NCBI RefSeq assembly: GCF_006345805.1
Contig: NC_043001.1
Coordinates: 89,652,001 to 89,716,000, forward strand
Reading direction: 5' to 3'
Length of the DNA stretch: 64,000 nt
From: Octopus sinensis
Taxonomy: Eukaryota
Part shown: positions 14,009-27,392 of the stretch, piece after piece
Position numbering within the stretch: the first letter of the stretch is position 1
Layout of the letters: every line of letters starts with the position of its first letter
The notes under the pieces: generated by a model
The model's input: only the letters and a program-made list of their open reading frames with translations
Told to the model about the DNA's origin: nothing
The model's database searches: none
Program-made: the position numbers and the translations under genes

Positions 14009-14367
14009 TGTGTGTGTATGAGCACATTACATCAAAAGTTGACAGTTTACTCAGTTTCACCTTAGGCTAGGCTGTCCATGTTTGTTGAGCACATCAAGGG
14101 ATTTGCAATTTTTATGAGCTTAGGTGGATGCTAGTTGTCTTTCGGTGGCTAGAATTATCAGTATCTTTATCTTTAATACTAGTTTAAACATGTAGGGACA
14201 ATATTTGAATTCATTGCTAAAAATGTATGTGTGGTAGAGACACTCCCACTATCTTAGGATTTAACTGAATTTTTTTTTAAATGTCGGTTAAAATTTTAGG
14301 ATTGATTTTTGCTCTGGTGTAAATTCAGGGTGGTTGATTCAGTTGAAGGAACAAAGAAATGTAGATG

Positions 14368-14399
<32 letters not shown>

Positions 14400-15307
14400 C
14401 CATCATCACCATCATCACCACCACCAGCACCAGCACCACCACCACCAGATTCAGTCATGTTGCAGATCTGCATGGTTGAAGCATAGGTGACAGGTGAAAG
14501 TTGTAACTTACTGTGAACTTCCAGCTGGTTAAGTCTGCACATATCATGATCCCTCAATTGCCTTCAGATTTCCAGTAGGTGGAATGACCAGTGAGGTCAC
14601 CATAAAGATACATCTGTGCACCATTGGATTATTGTGATAAATACTTGTAGAATATGTGTAACACTCTCTGCATCTCCATGATTAGTAACTAGTGACAGGC
14701 TGAAGCAAGATGAATTTAACCTGCATCCAGTAGTGGGGCTCTAGTTTGGGAGTTCCAGGGTCTTGAGAAGTATAGAACCATCTCTTATTCGTTATTGCTT
14801 CCAGGTCCACTCTAACCTGGAGTATTAGTAGTACCTGTCAGAATTCCAGCTATGGATTAACTAGAATATATAATGACTATCTGAGCTTAGTGATGCAGAA
14901 ATACCCTTGGTTTGTGTCAAGGCACATGAGAAAATCATCATGAAGGAGGGACCCCTAACTGTTGTCACAGCATTCTTTTAGGGATGCTCTGATGTAAAAC
15001 ACACACACACACATATATACACACATATTTATATGTACATACATATATATGTGTGTATGTGTGTATACATATACATTCATACAGCTTTTCTATCCCCAAA
15101 TTTTGAATTCACATTTACGCCAGCAGTAATTGGTGCATTTGATTTTGTTGGTAAATGCATAAGCCAGGATTTCTAGAAAAAGAACTCAACTCATGTAGAA
15201 TGCAATCTGTTAGTGGAACAGTATCTATATCCAAGATTTTTTTCAAGTTCAATATGTGACGTTTTTGTTATATACATTCCAATGTTGGAGTTGTGTATCT
15301 ATATCTA

Positions 15308-16594
15308 CGAGGGGCGTTCAATAAGTAATGCCCCTGACTCACTTCTCATAGCAGTAGAGCAACGAAACTTGGCACAGTTATTAGTCTTTTTCTACATAGG
15401 AACCACCCAGAGTTACACATTTCTCCCATCGTTTGATGCAGCTCCGAAGACCATTTTTGTAGAGGACCCCAGCTTGGTCCTCCAACCACGATGTGACTTC
15501 AGAAATCAAGGCTGTATCATCTGGGAAACGCTTTCCTTTCAAAAACAACCTCATGGCTGGGAAGAGGTGAAAATCAGAGAGTGCAAGGTCAGGAGAGTTG
15601 GGGATGGGGGAGGAGTTCATAGCCGCACGCCTGTGCTTCTGATCTGGCAACACGTGAGTTGTGGACTGGAGCGTTGTCCTGCAGGAGGAGGATGCCTTTG
15701 CTGATCTTGCCCCACCTCTTGATTTTGATAGCTCCTCTTAATTTCCTCAAAAGTGAAGCATAATAGGCTCCTGTAATTGTGGAACCCTTTGCCAGGAAAC
15801 CTGTCATCACTATTCCGTCCTGGTCCCAGAAGACTGTGAGCATGACCTTATCAGCGGAGGGCTGCACCCTTGCCTTCTTTGGAGGAGGTGAGTCATGGTG
15901 CTTTCGCTGCATTGACTGGGCTTTGGTCTCTAGATCATAGTGATGGACCCAGGTTTCATCCTGGGTAATCAGTCTTTTGAAAAATTTTGACTCATCTTCT
16001 TGGCACATCTCCAAATTCATCTTGAGCACTCAACGCGTTCTTGCTTCTGGAAAGGTGTGAGCAACTGGGGAATCCATCTGGCAGACACTTTTGCATATGC
16101 AAATGGTCATGAATGATAGTTTCCACAGACCCGGTACTAATCTTGACCTCATAGGCTATTTGGCGAATAGTTATGCGTCGATCTTCCAAAATGGCAGCCT
16201 CAACTTGACGGACAGATGCCTCATCAATGGCAGAAAGGGGGCAACCAGATCTGGGAGCTGTTTCCAGAGTTCCGACCATGTTTGAATTCACGATGCCAAC
16301 GTTTTACAAGGTCAAATGATGGGGCATCATTACCATAAGTTACTTTCATTTCATCAAAAGTCTCCCGTGGTGTGCGTCCTTTCAAATACAAAAACCGGAT
16401 CACTGCTCGACACTCAACAGGCTCCATTTCACACTTGACTCAGTTCAAACACCTGTAAATCAGAAACCACAATTAGTTCAGAGCTTTAATTTGCCACTTA
16501 ATCTATAGAGATAGAAATGATTTCACATGCAAAATTTCAGCTAGATCAAACAACTGCAAGTGGGTCAGAGGCATTACTTATTGATCATCCCTCG
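15308..16594 (-). mobile_element. mariner (DD34D, irritans-type) full-length copy 1, frameshifted transposase (ATG 16427 to stop 15381)
   Basis: TIRs CGAGGGGCGTTCAATAAGTAATGCCCCTGAC and near-complement; TA on both sides. Motifs DETWVHHYD, QDNAPVH, SPDLALSD. Three frameshifts. Confidence 0.95.
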
Positions 16595-16808
16595 TATGTT
16601 AGAAACTAGTCTCTTCTTTACAGGAAAACTTTAAACAATTAAAGATAGAAGAAAACACACACACACACACACACACACTGATGTTCATAGATACAAACAT
16701 ACATATGTATATGCACACTTACATACATATGTATTATATTCACCAATCCATCTATCCATCTGTCCATCTATTCATCCATTCATCCATCTATCCAAACAAC
16801 CCCCATAC

Positions 16809-16841
<33 letters not shown>

Positions 16842-16851
16842 CATACATACA

Positions 16852-16882
<31 letters not shown>

Positions 16883-17159
16883 GTGCATGTATACAGATGA
16901 ATATATAGATATGTTTATGTGTGTATATATTATCATTTTTTATGGTATCATAGATTGAACATGTGTGTACTGCAGTCACTGATCTTAACCCTGTATCATT
17001 TCATCTGTGAATCCCAAGATCGGGAGTCTGATCCAATCATTTTCTCAAAAGTACTATCCATATGATTTTAAAAAAAAATAGAATTTAAGTATAAAAATGT
17101 GGTGCCCTCTTTCAGAAAGCCAAATCATTTTTATTTTGGTGTCAAGGAGTGTGTTGTTG

Positions 17160-17351
17160 ATATCTTTTATCTTTTGGTGCACCACCTTGAAAGGTTTTAG
17201 TTAAACAAATTGATCCCAGTGCTTTTTAAAGCTTGATACTTATTCTATTGATCTCTTTTATCAAACCATTGAGAGGGCATGAACAAACCAACAACAATTG
17301 TCAAGTGGTGGTGGGCACAAACACAAAGACAGACAGACAGACAGACAGACA

Positions 17352-17400
<49 letters not shown>

Positions 17401-17534
17401 GACTTCTTTTAGTTTCCATCTACAAAATCTATTCACAAGGCTTTGGTTAGTCTGATGCTTTAGTAGAAGACGCCATACGATGGGATTGACCCAAGAACCA
17501 TGTGGTTGAAAAGCAAACTTCTTACCATACAGCC
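17160..17534 (-). mobile_element. SINE family B, decayed full-length copy
   Basis: Same architecture as 32925-33328, with a (CAGA)/(CA) tract. Confidence 0.8.
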
Positions 17535-17734
17535 CAGTATGTATCTGGTATTTTTATTTAGTCAATATCAGGTGAATAGATGTGGAAGAAAACTTCAACA
17601 GGCTTTGTAATTGAAACTGTCATACAACAAATTTGCCATGAAATAATTAAATCATCACTAAATTTCTTGTATATCTCACTTCTGAGACACTTATCCAAAC
17701 CCTAACTTCCTAAAAGAAAAATATAGATTTAAAA

Positions 17735-18005
17735 GTGATGATGATAATGATGATGATGATGAGGAGGAGGAGGACGACGACGATGACGATGAGGTGGAGG
17801 GAGAAGCAATCAAAAGGGAGGAACAGATCAAGGAGTTGAGGAGGAAAAGGCTGAGGAGGAAGAGGTCAAAGAGGAGGGGGAAAGAGAAGAATGAGGAAAA
17901 GGAGAAGAACAAGGGTCGTGATGATGATGAGGAGGAGCAGAAGGATGATGATAATGAGGAGGAATAGAAAAAAAAGATGGAGAAGAATGATGATAATGAT
18001 GATGC
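17735..18005. repeat. Purine-rich (GAT/GAG/GAA) low-complexity tract
   Basis: Seen directly. Confidence 0.9.
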
Positions 18006-18682
18006 TTTCAACAATTCATTTTCCCCATTTCAGTAACTGGCCAGTGACAATATCAACTAATTACAGCAATGTGATAGATATTTTAAATAAGATATCACCA
18101 TTAACAGTAAATATTGATCACTAATATAGATAGAAGGCCATAAAATTGTGGGGAACAATTAGTACTTGACTGGTGTTTATTTTATTTTATCTATTCAGGA
18201 AGTATTAAAATTAATGTTGACTTTGAGGGATCTGAACTCAGAATGTAAACAGCAGTAATTAAGTACTACAAGGCCTTTTGTACATACTCTAATGATGTAG
18301 CAAATCCACTGAACTACCATTAAATATCTATATTTAATGACAAAACAGTATTTAAGAAAAAATAAACATTAATGATATGAGATCCTGAAGTTGACCTGTA
18401 GGAAACGAAAAGTTCAGTTTTTGTGTTTTGGGAGATCAGATGACTTGGCTGCAATTGATTCATTGAAATGTTTGACATTGTCTGGCACTGGCTTTTATCC
18501 AGAGACTAGAATTGTGCTTACTACATGCACACATGGATGATAGAATGAAGGAATGCTATGATAATAAGATCGGTTGATAGTAAGGTAGATGGTAAGGTGG
18601 TCAGATGGCAAGGAATTTCTTTATTGATTTATTAAAGTATGTTTCTGCCAAACTTCAAAATTATTCCAACTGACAGGCATTG

Positions 18683-18723
18683 TTATATATATATTATATA
18701 TATATGTATATACATATATAATG

Positions 18724-18770
<47 letters not shown>

Positions 18771-18840
18771 ATATATGTATATATATGTATATATGTATGT
18801 ATATATATATGTATGTATATGTATATGTATATATATATGC

Positions 18841-18918
<78 letters not shown>

Positions 18919-18998
18919 TACATATATGCATATATATGCATATGTAGTATATATATATGTGTGTATGAATATATATATGTACACACACACACACACAC

Positions 18999-19048
<50 letters not shown>

Positions 19049-19065
19049 GTACACATGTACACATG
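18683..19065. repeat. Compound (TA)n-rich microsatellite
   Basis: Seen directly. Confidence 0.95.
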
Positions 19066-19624
19066 TATGGAGAAAGAGTGAGAGAGAAAGAGAGTGAGGG
19101 AGAGAGAGTAAGAAGATAGATATGTGTTTAGGCATAGGCATTACTTGTGTGGTTAAGAAGTTTGCTTCCTAACCAATGGTTTAGGTTCAGATGCAGTGGA
19201 AGGCATCTGGGAAATGGGAAGTGTCTTTAATGATAGCCTTCAGCCAACCAAAGCCTTGTGGGTGGATGTAGAAAATGGGAACATATGTGTGTGTGTGTGT
19301 ATGTGTGTGTGTGTGCATGTGTGTGTGTGTGTGTATGTACACACACATACATATCTGTATGTGTATATACCTATCTATATCTATATCTATATCTATCTAT
19401 ATATATATAGGCATATATACATATGTGTATATATATATGTCCTCATCTCTAATTTCACTGTAGGTCCTAGTGTAGGTCTAGTGCTTCATATAAAAGCTCC
19501 TCTGGTATAGACAAGTAAAATTGGGTGAACCTTGCTCTACCCCTTTTGCTATTGGATTCAAACTATGTTATGACCTTGCTCAATATTTTTATTGATTTTT
19601 CTGATCACCTGTTTGCTCATCAGG

Positions 19625-20110
19625 CTGGTCTTAGGCTTCACAGGGCTGATAAGGCAGTATTTGGAGTTAAAAGCAAAGGAAGACAATGGATTTCCTTGAT
19701 GTGACAGTGGACTTGGAATCCAGTGTCTATAAGCCTTGTTGTAATCTACACAAGTGGCTGATATATATTAATACAGATTTCGGTCACCCAGCCAAAGTGT
19801 TTAGGAATCTGCTCTAATGGGCAACCAAACATGCAGAAATATGTGAGTAATAATGGAAGATCCCTTTAGAATCAGATTCAGAAACCAAATGTCCTCCTTC
19901 AATATCCCAGAGAGACAAAATGCCACAGCCCTGGCCAGGCGCATATGGTTGTTTAAAGAAAGCACTATGGAGTATAGCAGAAGTGGAAAATTGTAGCCAA
20001 GTGCAAGGCTTATTTTAATGGTAGTAGGAAGTGATGGTTATGCTTAGCCAAGAAAAGAATCATGTTAAAGAGCTCTCAATACCCAAATATCTATCTAAAC
20101 TACAAAGGTG
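19625..20110 (+). mobile_element. Decayed Penelope-like element fragment
   Basis: DFLDVTVDLESSVYKP, YINTDFGHPAKVFRNL and NATALARRIW..KWKIVAKCKAYFNGSRK*WLC align with the intact PLE at 35.3-37.1 kb. Confidence 0.8.
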
Positions 20111-20750
20111 AATTTTTTAACCCTTGCCCACATGAACCAAGGTATGTTTTATCCTACCTTTGAGCCCTATTATGACCCTCACCAGTTATCTGCCCTTTGG
20201 CTCTTTCACCAACATATCTTGAGAAACCAGCAGACTTTAACCAAAGCATACATAGACAAACACACAGACACATATGCGCCCTAATATGGGCTTAAGCATT
20301 TGGGCAACCATCCATAATTCCTATCCCCACCCCCTCAAAATAGCCTAGCATATAATACCCTTACACACATTCCAACCCTACGCAGATACCCATACATAAC
20401 CTCTAGATACATTTTCAGAAAACTCTAGTATACTTACCTCTCAGAAACCTTTGGGGGCCAAGGGACATTACTCTTAATGGAACCCATGTTCAGTTTATTT
20501 CATCTTTTTCACAGCATCCACAAACTGGATGTGGTTCCTTCCCCTCCAGTAACAGAGAGCAGTTGCCACTTATTTTTTTGCATATATGCCATCTCTGACA
20601 AGCATGTAGTGTTATGTAACCATGCTGTTATCTAACATCTAGTTTAATACCCAGTGTGAAACCAGTTGGTAAGATTCACCATAACAGTTATACAATACTG
20701 CATCCACTCTTTTAACAAATATTTTTTCTGACCTATGTATTCCCAAATGA

Positions 20751-20792
<42 letters not shown>

Positions 20793-21167
20793 CTAGCACT
20801 ATGACCCGGCAACGCCAGGTCATAGTGCTAGTGCATGCATATACAGCTGCATGCGTGTGCACATACAAGCGAGCACTGTCCAAATCTCCAACCAATCACA
20901 TAGAGCTAGCTGGCATTCAATTGGTGTATCAAGTTTCAGGCATTTTGATTGGGTTTGGGATAGAAAATTCACAAAAAGTCACTTCTATTGATTTTTTAAT
21001 GGCTTTGCAGGGTGACTGGGGAAACGTAAAGATGTACACGACCACCCTTGGACGGTTTTGAAAGACCATAGAAAGTGCGAGCCCTCTAACTGAAAAATTG
21101 TGGATTTTTATAAAGGACACGCACACACAGAGACAGACAGACATTTTGCCGTTTATATAGAGAGAGA
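20793..21167 (-). mobile_element. Non-autonomous Helitron
   Basis: Minus strand: A|TCTCTCTCTATATAAACGGCAAAATGTCTGTCTG ... hairpin ... CTAG|T, i.e. an A-T target with no TSD. Confidence 0.8.
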
Positions 21168-21231
21168 TATATATGTTTATGTGTGACATTTAGTGACATT
21201 TGTAATTCTCCTTTTTGGTGAAACAGTTTTA

Positions 21232-21448
21232 TGAGGGTTTGCTGAAAAGTTCCCGGCTTTGGGTAAAAGGATATACAGGAGGATCAGTTAGTTATGATTT
21301 TATTCAACATATGCCCCTCTCAGATTCACACACTTATTGCAGTGGTCCTTCGGTTTTTCTAAGCCTGGTATAAGAACTTTGAAGGTTGGGCCTCCAACCA
21401 GGCCTTTTGTGATACCCTTAAAGCCAGGAACTTTACAGCAACCCCTTG
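21232..21448. mobile_element. mariner-derived MITE / deletion derivative
   Basis: Roughly 30-bp TIRs (tgagggtttgctgaaaagttcccggcttt and aaagccaggaactttacagcaaccccttg) with TA flanks. Interior encodes a mariner C-terminus (HCNKCVNLRGAYVE*) on the minus strand. Confidence 0.8.
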
Positions 21449-21770
21449 TATGTGTGTGCGTGTGTGTGTGTGTGTGTGCGCGCATGTGTGTGTGTGTGTA
21501 ACTGCAATTAATCTGCCAGGGAGGAAAAATTTGATAATTAATATGTATGAAAAATTATCTTACACACTGTTAAACATAGGATTTAATAAAATTTCTATAA
21601 AAAGCATTTTAGAACTAGACTTAAAATAGCAAGACTAATACTCAAGCATATTTGTGTATTCAATAATACATTTAAATGGAAAATTTTTCCCTACATACAC
21701 ACCTGCATGTACATCCTCAAACATATCTATGTATGCATGTATGTATGTGTGTGTGTGTGTGTGGTGTGTG

Positions 21771-21818
<48 letters not shown>

Positions 21819-22011
21819 ATATATATGTTGATTGATTGATTGATTGACTCATTGATGGATTGATTGATCAAGTCATTGTCCAGGTGATCAAGGGTGGTTT
21901 GTGTCTCCATGGCGTCTTAGATTTTAATTAAATATTTCTGTCTGGAAACATCATACTGCTAAATTAATCAAGGCACTGCTAGGCTAGAAGTAAGAAGAGA
22001 AAAGGAAATTA

Positions 22012-22046
<35 letters not shown>

Positions 22047-22877
22047 GATGCTTGCATACACACTCACACAAGCACACACACACACATACACCTATTGAAA
22101 TGGATTGTATGTTCATTGCAAGCCATTTTTGTTGAAGCATGTGATGAAATAAATAAACTTTTAAATATATAGGCTGACAAACAAACAGACAAACATATCA
22201 TATGTACCCTCACCCATCAAACATGCAATCACACATACCTTTCCATACACACATGCACACACTCATACAGACACATCCACATGCACTTTCATACTTGTAT
22301 GCATGCATACAGATTGACAGCAGAGAGTTGGATCAAATTTGAATGAAGAACTGAATTTTTTAGGTAAGAGTGACTGATATCAAGTTTATCTATTCATGGA
22401 CCTTACTTTTTATAGCAGCATGGATATGGCTATATGGTTAGTTCACTTCACAACCACATCATCCTAGGGTGATGGTACTTTAGGTAAGTGCCTTCTACCA
22501 TAGCCTTGGTTTGATGAATACCTAATAAATGGAATTTGATTGATGGAAATTATATGGAAGGTCATTGCATGTGTGTGTGTGTGTAATCATCATCATCATC
22601 AACATCACGACCACCACTACGACGATGACCACCACCACCACTGCTGCCACTGCCACCACCACCACTGCTGCCGCCACCACCACCACCACCTCCACCTCCA
22701 CCATCATCATCATCATTAAATATATGTTTTCTATGATGGCATGGGTTGGATGGTTTGACAAGAGCTAGCAAGCTGGAGAGCCTTACCAGGTCCCAATTGT
22801 CTGTTTTGTCATAGTTTCTACTTCTGGATGCCCTTCCTAGCACCAAACACTTTACAGAATGTATTGAGTGCGTCCTA

Positions 22878-23070
22878 TATGGCACCAGCACAAGTGCTTT
22901 TTACATAGCACCAGTATGGGTATTTTCTACATGGTACCAGCATGGGTGCTTTTTATGTGGCACCAGCACAGGTTTTGTTTTATTTTGGCACCAGCATGGC
23001 TGCTTTTTATGTAGCACCAGCTCAGGTGATTTTTATTTGGCACCAGCACAAGTACCAGTGGAGTTGCCAA
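22878..23070. repeat. Minisatellite with a unit of about 26 bp (gcaccagca..gctttttat..) inside a family C SINE
   Basis: About 7 recurrences of g(c/t)accagc at near-regular spacing. Confidence 0.8.
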
Positions 23071-24346
23071 CCTAAGTTTCATTATCACCTGTCTCAATTA
23101 CATTGTTCAGTTGTCTGTCACATTTTTGTCATTGTCAACTTTAATTTCATCATCAACAATGTTTTTTATTATGAACATATATTGACATCAATGATTACTT
23201 GTCTAGAATTGTAAAAGAATGTAAACATTAAAATGTTTTACAAAGGATTACAAGTTTTGCATAATATAAATTGTTGCATCTTATATTACTGTAAACATAC
23301 AAACATTTAGAACCTTACTTGTAAAATTATACATTATATTATATAAACATGACAAAAACAAAAATAAATAACATGAGCTTAAGTTTCTATTCATTATTTC
23401 CATTTCTTAACGCTTATCATATTCCTAAAAATATCCAGCACAATCATCATTATCATTATTATCCTCACCAATGTCACCGTCATCGTTATCGTCATCATTA
23501 CCATCACCATCATCATCATTGACATCCTCCTCCTCCTCCTCCTCCTCATCATCATCATCATTTAACAGCCTCCTTCCATGCTGGCATGGGTCAATCACCC
23601 CATAATCAGTCAACCCATAATCAGTCACCCTGTAATCAGTCACCCTGGTGTCGATCAATATATTCACCTCATCACTATTCCTTGGTTCACATTTTGTTAC
23701 ATAATTCTTCCACTTACTAAACATTTTCAGTGAGGTTATTCTGAGTTGTTTATAGGAGTAAGAATTGCATATCGTGGTATCTTGATGTAATTAACTGATA
23801 AAAACCCTGGTTGTATGAAAAGGAAGATTATCCCAAATCAGTATACAATTCTCCATTTTTCAGTGATCCATTTAAGAAATGTATCAATAAAATCATAAAA
23901 GCTTAAGGAATTCAAGGCATCAGTTCTCGTGTATAGTTGATTTCTACAATTTTGTCCATGGCACAACGTATATTCAGCCTATTTCAGGAACACAATCCAG
24001 ATCTCAAGCAAATGTTGAACTCAAATTCATCTATAAAAAAGTTTCCTCACAGACTTTTCTGTCAAAAGATCTTGAATTTCTTTGGTATAACTTATTCTTC
24101 ATGTAATGTTTTCTAAAGACAAAGCTCATTTAGAAATCACTTTACATCTCTTGAATGAGCAGTGGACTTTTAAGGCATTTATCAACACTTATCAACACTT
24201 GCTCAAAAACTATGTTGGACAGTATTTTTTGTGAAATGAAGTTTTTGATTTCTTTTGAAATTTTTCTGTTTTGAAAATTGCCTTGATTCTTTTATTAGAC
24301 ACAACCTTCTTGTTTATAGTTAAATAAAAGTTTGAAAACATGCATA

Positions 24347-25399
24347 CGAGGGGCGTTCAATAAGTAATGCCCCTGACCCACTTCCCATAGCAGTAGAGCA
24401 ACGAAACTTGGCACAGTTATTAGTCTTTTTCTACATAGGAACCACCCAGAGTTACGCATTTCTCCCATCGTTTGATGCGGCTCTGGAGACCGTTTTTGTA
24501 GAAGAACCCAGCTTGGTCCTCCAACCTCAACGTGACTTCAGAAATCAAGGCTGCATCATCTGGGAAACACTTTCCTTTCAAAAACAACTTCATGATTGGG
24601 AAGAAGGGAAAATCAGAGGGTGCAAGGTCAGGAAAGTAGGGGGGATGGGGAGGAGTTCATAGCCATACGCCTGTGCTTCTGATCTGGCGACAAGCGAGTT
24701 GTGGACCGGAGCGTTGTCCTGCAGGAGGAGGATGCCTTTGCTGATCTTGCCCCACCTCTTGATTTTGATAGATTCTCTTAATTTCCTCAAAAGTGAAGCA
24801 TAATAGGCTCCTGTAATTGTGGTACCCTTTTCCAGGAAATCTGTCATCACTACTCCGTCCTGGTCCCAGAAGATTGTGAGCATGACCTTGCCAGCGGAGG
24901 GCTGCACCCTTGCCTTCTTTGGAGGAGGTGAGTCACGGTGCTTCCACTGCATTGACTGGGCTTTGGTCTCTGGATCATAGTGATGGACCCAGGTTTCATC
25001 CTGTGTAATCAGTCTTTTGAAAAATTTTGACTCATCATCTTGGCACATCTCCAAATTCATCCTCGAGCACTCGACACGTTCTTGCTTCTGGAAAGGCATG
25101 AGCAACCTGGGAATCCATCTGGCAAACACCTTTTGCATATGCAAATGGTCATGAATGATAGTTTCCACAGATCCGGTACTAATCTTGACCTCATGGGCTA
25201 TTTGGTGAATAATTATGCGTCGATCTTCCAAAATGGCAGCCTCAACTTGACGGACAGATGCCTCATCAATGGCAGAAGGGGGTGACCAGATCTGGGAGCT
25301 GTTTCCACAGAGTTCCGACCATGTTTAAATTCACGATGCCAGCGTTTTACAAGGTCATATGATGGGGCATCATCACCATAAGTTACTTTCATTTCATCA
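24347..25399 (-). mobile_element. mariner copy 2 of the same family, lacking the right TIR and the transposase start
   Basis: Left TA plus TIR at 24345. Collinear with copy 1 until 25399, where similarity ends abruptly. Confidence 0.93.
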
Positions 25400-25461
25400 G
25401 GATGTAGCCTGGAGGGTTTTTTCGTATTAATCATTTGGACTTTGTGAACACATACCAATTA

Positions 25462-25827
25462 TCTATATATATAAAGCTGAAGTTGTCTGTGTATGGCAGG
25501 TTTGGTAGCCTTCAACTAACACTATCTCCTCCGAGACCCTACGGCACAAGTTGACCAAAATTGAGAGTATGATAGAAGAAGGCTTGCTCTTCCTTCCATA
25601 GAAGAAAAATTCAAATCGGACCATGTTAACACCAAAAATTATTTACATCAATAAGGTGCTTTTTTTCTATGAAAATCCCTATTTTTTTACGATTTTTTGA
25701 CTGTCGCCATTTTTCGTGTATTTCAACCAGAAAAATGTTTGCTTAAAGAGAATAACAAGCTACATAATGCAAAATTTTTACTTTTCAAAAATTCCAATTC
25801 TAAAGCAATGCCGGGTGATACTGCTAG
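25462..25827 (+). mobile_element. Non-autonomous Helitron
   Basis: A|TCTATATATATAAAGCTGAAGTTGTCTG ... AGCAATGCCGGGTGATACTG-CTAG|T. Confidence 0.82.
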
Positions 25828-26067
25828 TATATATATATATATATATACTAGCTGACTCTGTGCTGTCAAAAATGATGGCTAATTGTTGTATTTTATATAT
25901 AAAAAGGGTACAAAAAGGTGAAAAACAAACACTGCTTCAACACTGTGCATGTGTGAATATGTATACATTTGTATGTATGAGTAGCAGTCTGTAGCAAATG
26001 CTGTTTTCTATACTTTGTCTCATAGTTCACTTCCTTCTTTTTTAAAGTTTGTCTGTTTATATATATA

Positions 26068-26109
<42 letters not shown>

Positions 26110-27051
26110 TACATGTATGTATAAATGTGTGTGTCTGTAATTCTATTTTCTGTGTATCTTTCTAAATAAACATACACAAACACATATACACATACACAAG
26201 CATTCACTTTCCTCCCTTTTACACACACGCATATACTCAGACACAGTTGAAGTGCTGTTTGATTTTTGTTTCACCATTAACTTTTCACCATCCCACTTCC
26301 ATCAGTGGATCACCCCTTCCTTTCTCATTCATATGTTGTGACAGAGAAATACATAAGAGTATTATTATAGTAGAGTGTTATAGTAGAAGATACATGACAC
26401 TCTCTGCCACTTTCTCTCTCTCATTGATATTACTTTCTCTCACTCCTGCTCATTCATGGCTATTACTCTCACTACTTCTCCTTCACTGAATTACTACTTT
26501 CTCTCCTCTCCCTTCACTCCTACTGTGTAATTTTGGACAAATATACAAATATATAAAAACACTATGCTCATTATTATATTAGAAGTACTGACAAGAGAGA
26601 CAACCTCCCCACTGCAAGTGGAGCATTAGATTGGCATGCCAATTTTGCATGAAAATTAATGCTTATTTCATTGCAGGTAGTGAAGCTGAAATTACAATAT
26701 ATATATATATCTATGAAAAATACAAAATGGGACAAGAACGCAAAACATACGGACAGTTAGGGGATACAAAAATGGGACAGCAAAACATCCAGATAGATGA
26801 TACAAAGAAAACAATGACAGGTCATTCGAAATTTTCTTTCCTCAGTCAAGTACAACAGCATCGGTTGTCAAGCGATGTTGGGGGGGTGGGGTGGACAAAC
26901 ATATGCACACACACACACGCTTAAACGATGATATATATATATATATATATAAACCTTAAGAGTTTGCTCTGGCACTATGTCACTACCTTCCTATTATCTC
27001 CTTCAGCCATGTAGCTCCTCTATTACAAGGCATACATACATACATACATAT

Positions 27052-27217
27052 ATATGACGGGCTTCTTTCAGTTTCTGTCTACCAAATCCACTCACAAGGC
27101 TTTGGTTGGCCCGAGGCTATAGTAGAAGACACTTGCCCAAGGTGCCATTCAGTGGGACTGAACCCGGAACCATGTGGTTCATAAGCAAGCTACTTACCAC
27201 ACAGCCACTCCTACGCC
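27052..27217 (-). mobile_element. SINE family B, 5' half
   Basis: Near-identical to 33165-33328. Confidence 0.88.
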
Positions 27218-27392
27218 TATATATGTATGTGTATGTGAATGTCTATATATATATATTTACATATCACCTAAGGAAACAGAACTAGATCTCATAATGCAGG
27301 GAAACAGTTGCATAATCAAGTACCTGCACACCTGGAGAACTATGTTGTATGGAAACAACTGTAGTGATTAAAAAAATAAATGTCCAACTGTA

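Noticed and set aside
15213-15704. 163-aa + strand ORF and similar ones at 24408 and 27349
   Set aside because: Antisense frames of the mariner transposase.
17691-18124. Acidic/Ser-rich ORFs
   Set aside because: Purine-rich simple repeats without splice signals.
22878-23070. Regularly spaced repeat resembling a CRISPR array
   Set aside because: Units are contiguous with no unique spacers, there are no cas genes, and it lies inside a eukaryotic SINE.
23700-24180. Possible very old RT relic on the minus strand (FLNGSLKNGELYTDLG)
   Set aside because: Only one short motif and no collinear support.
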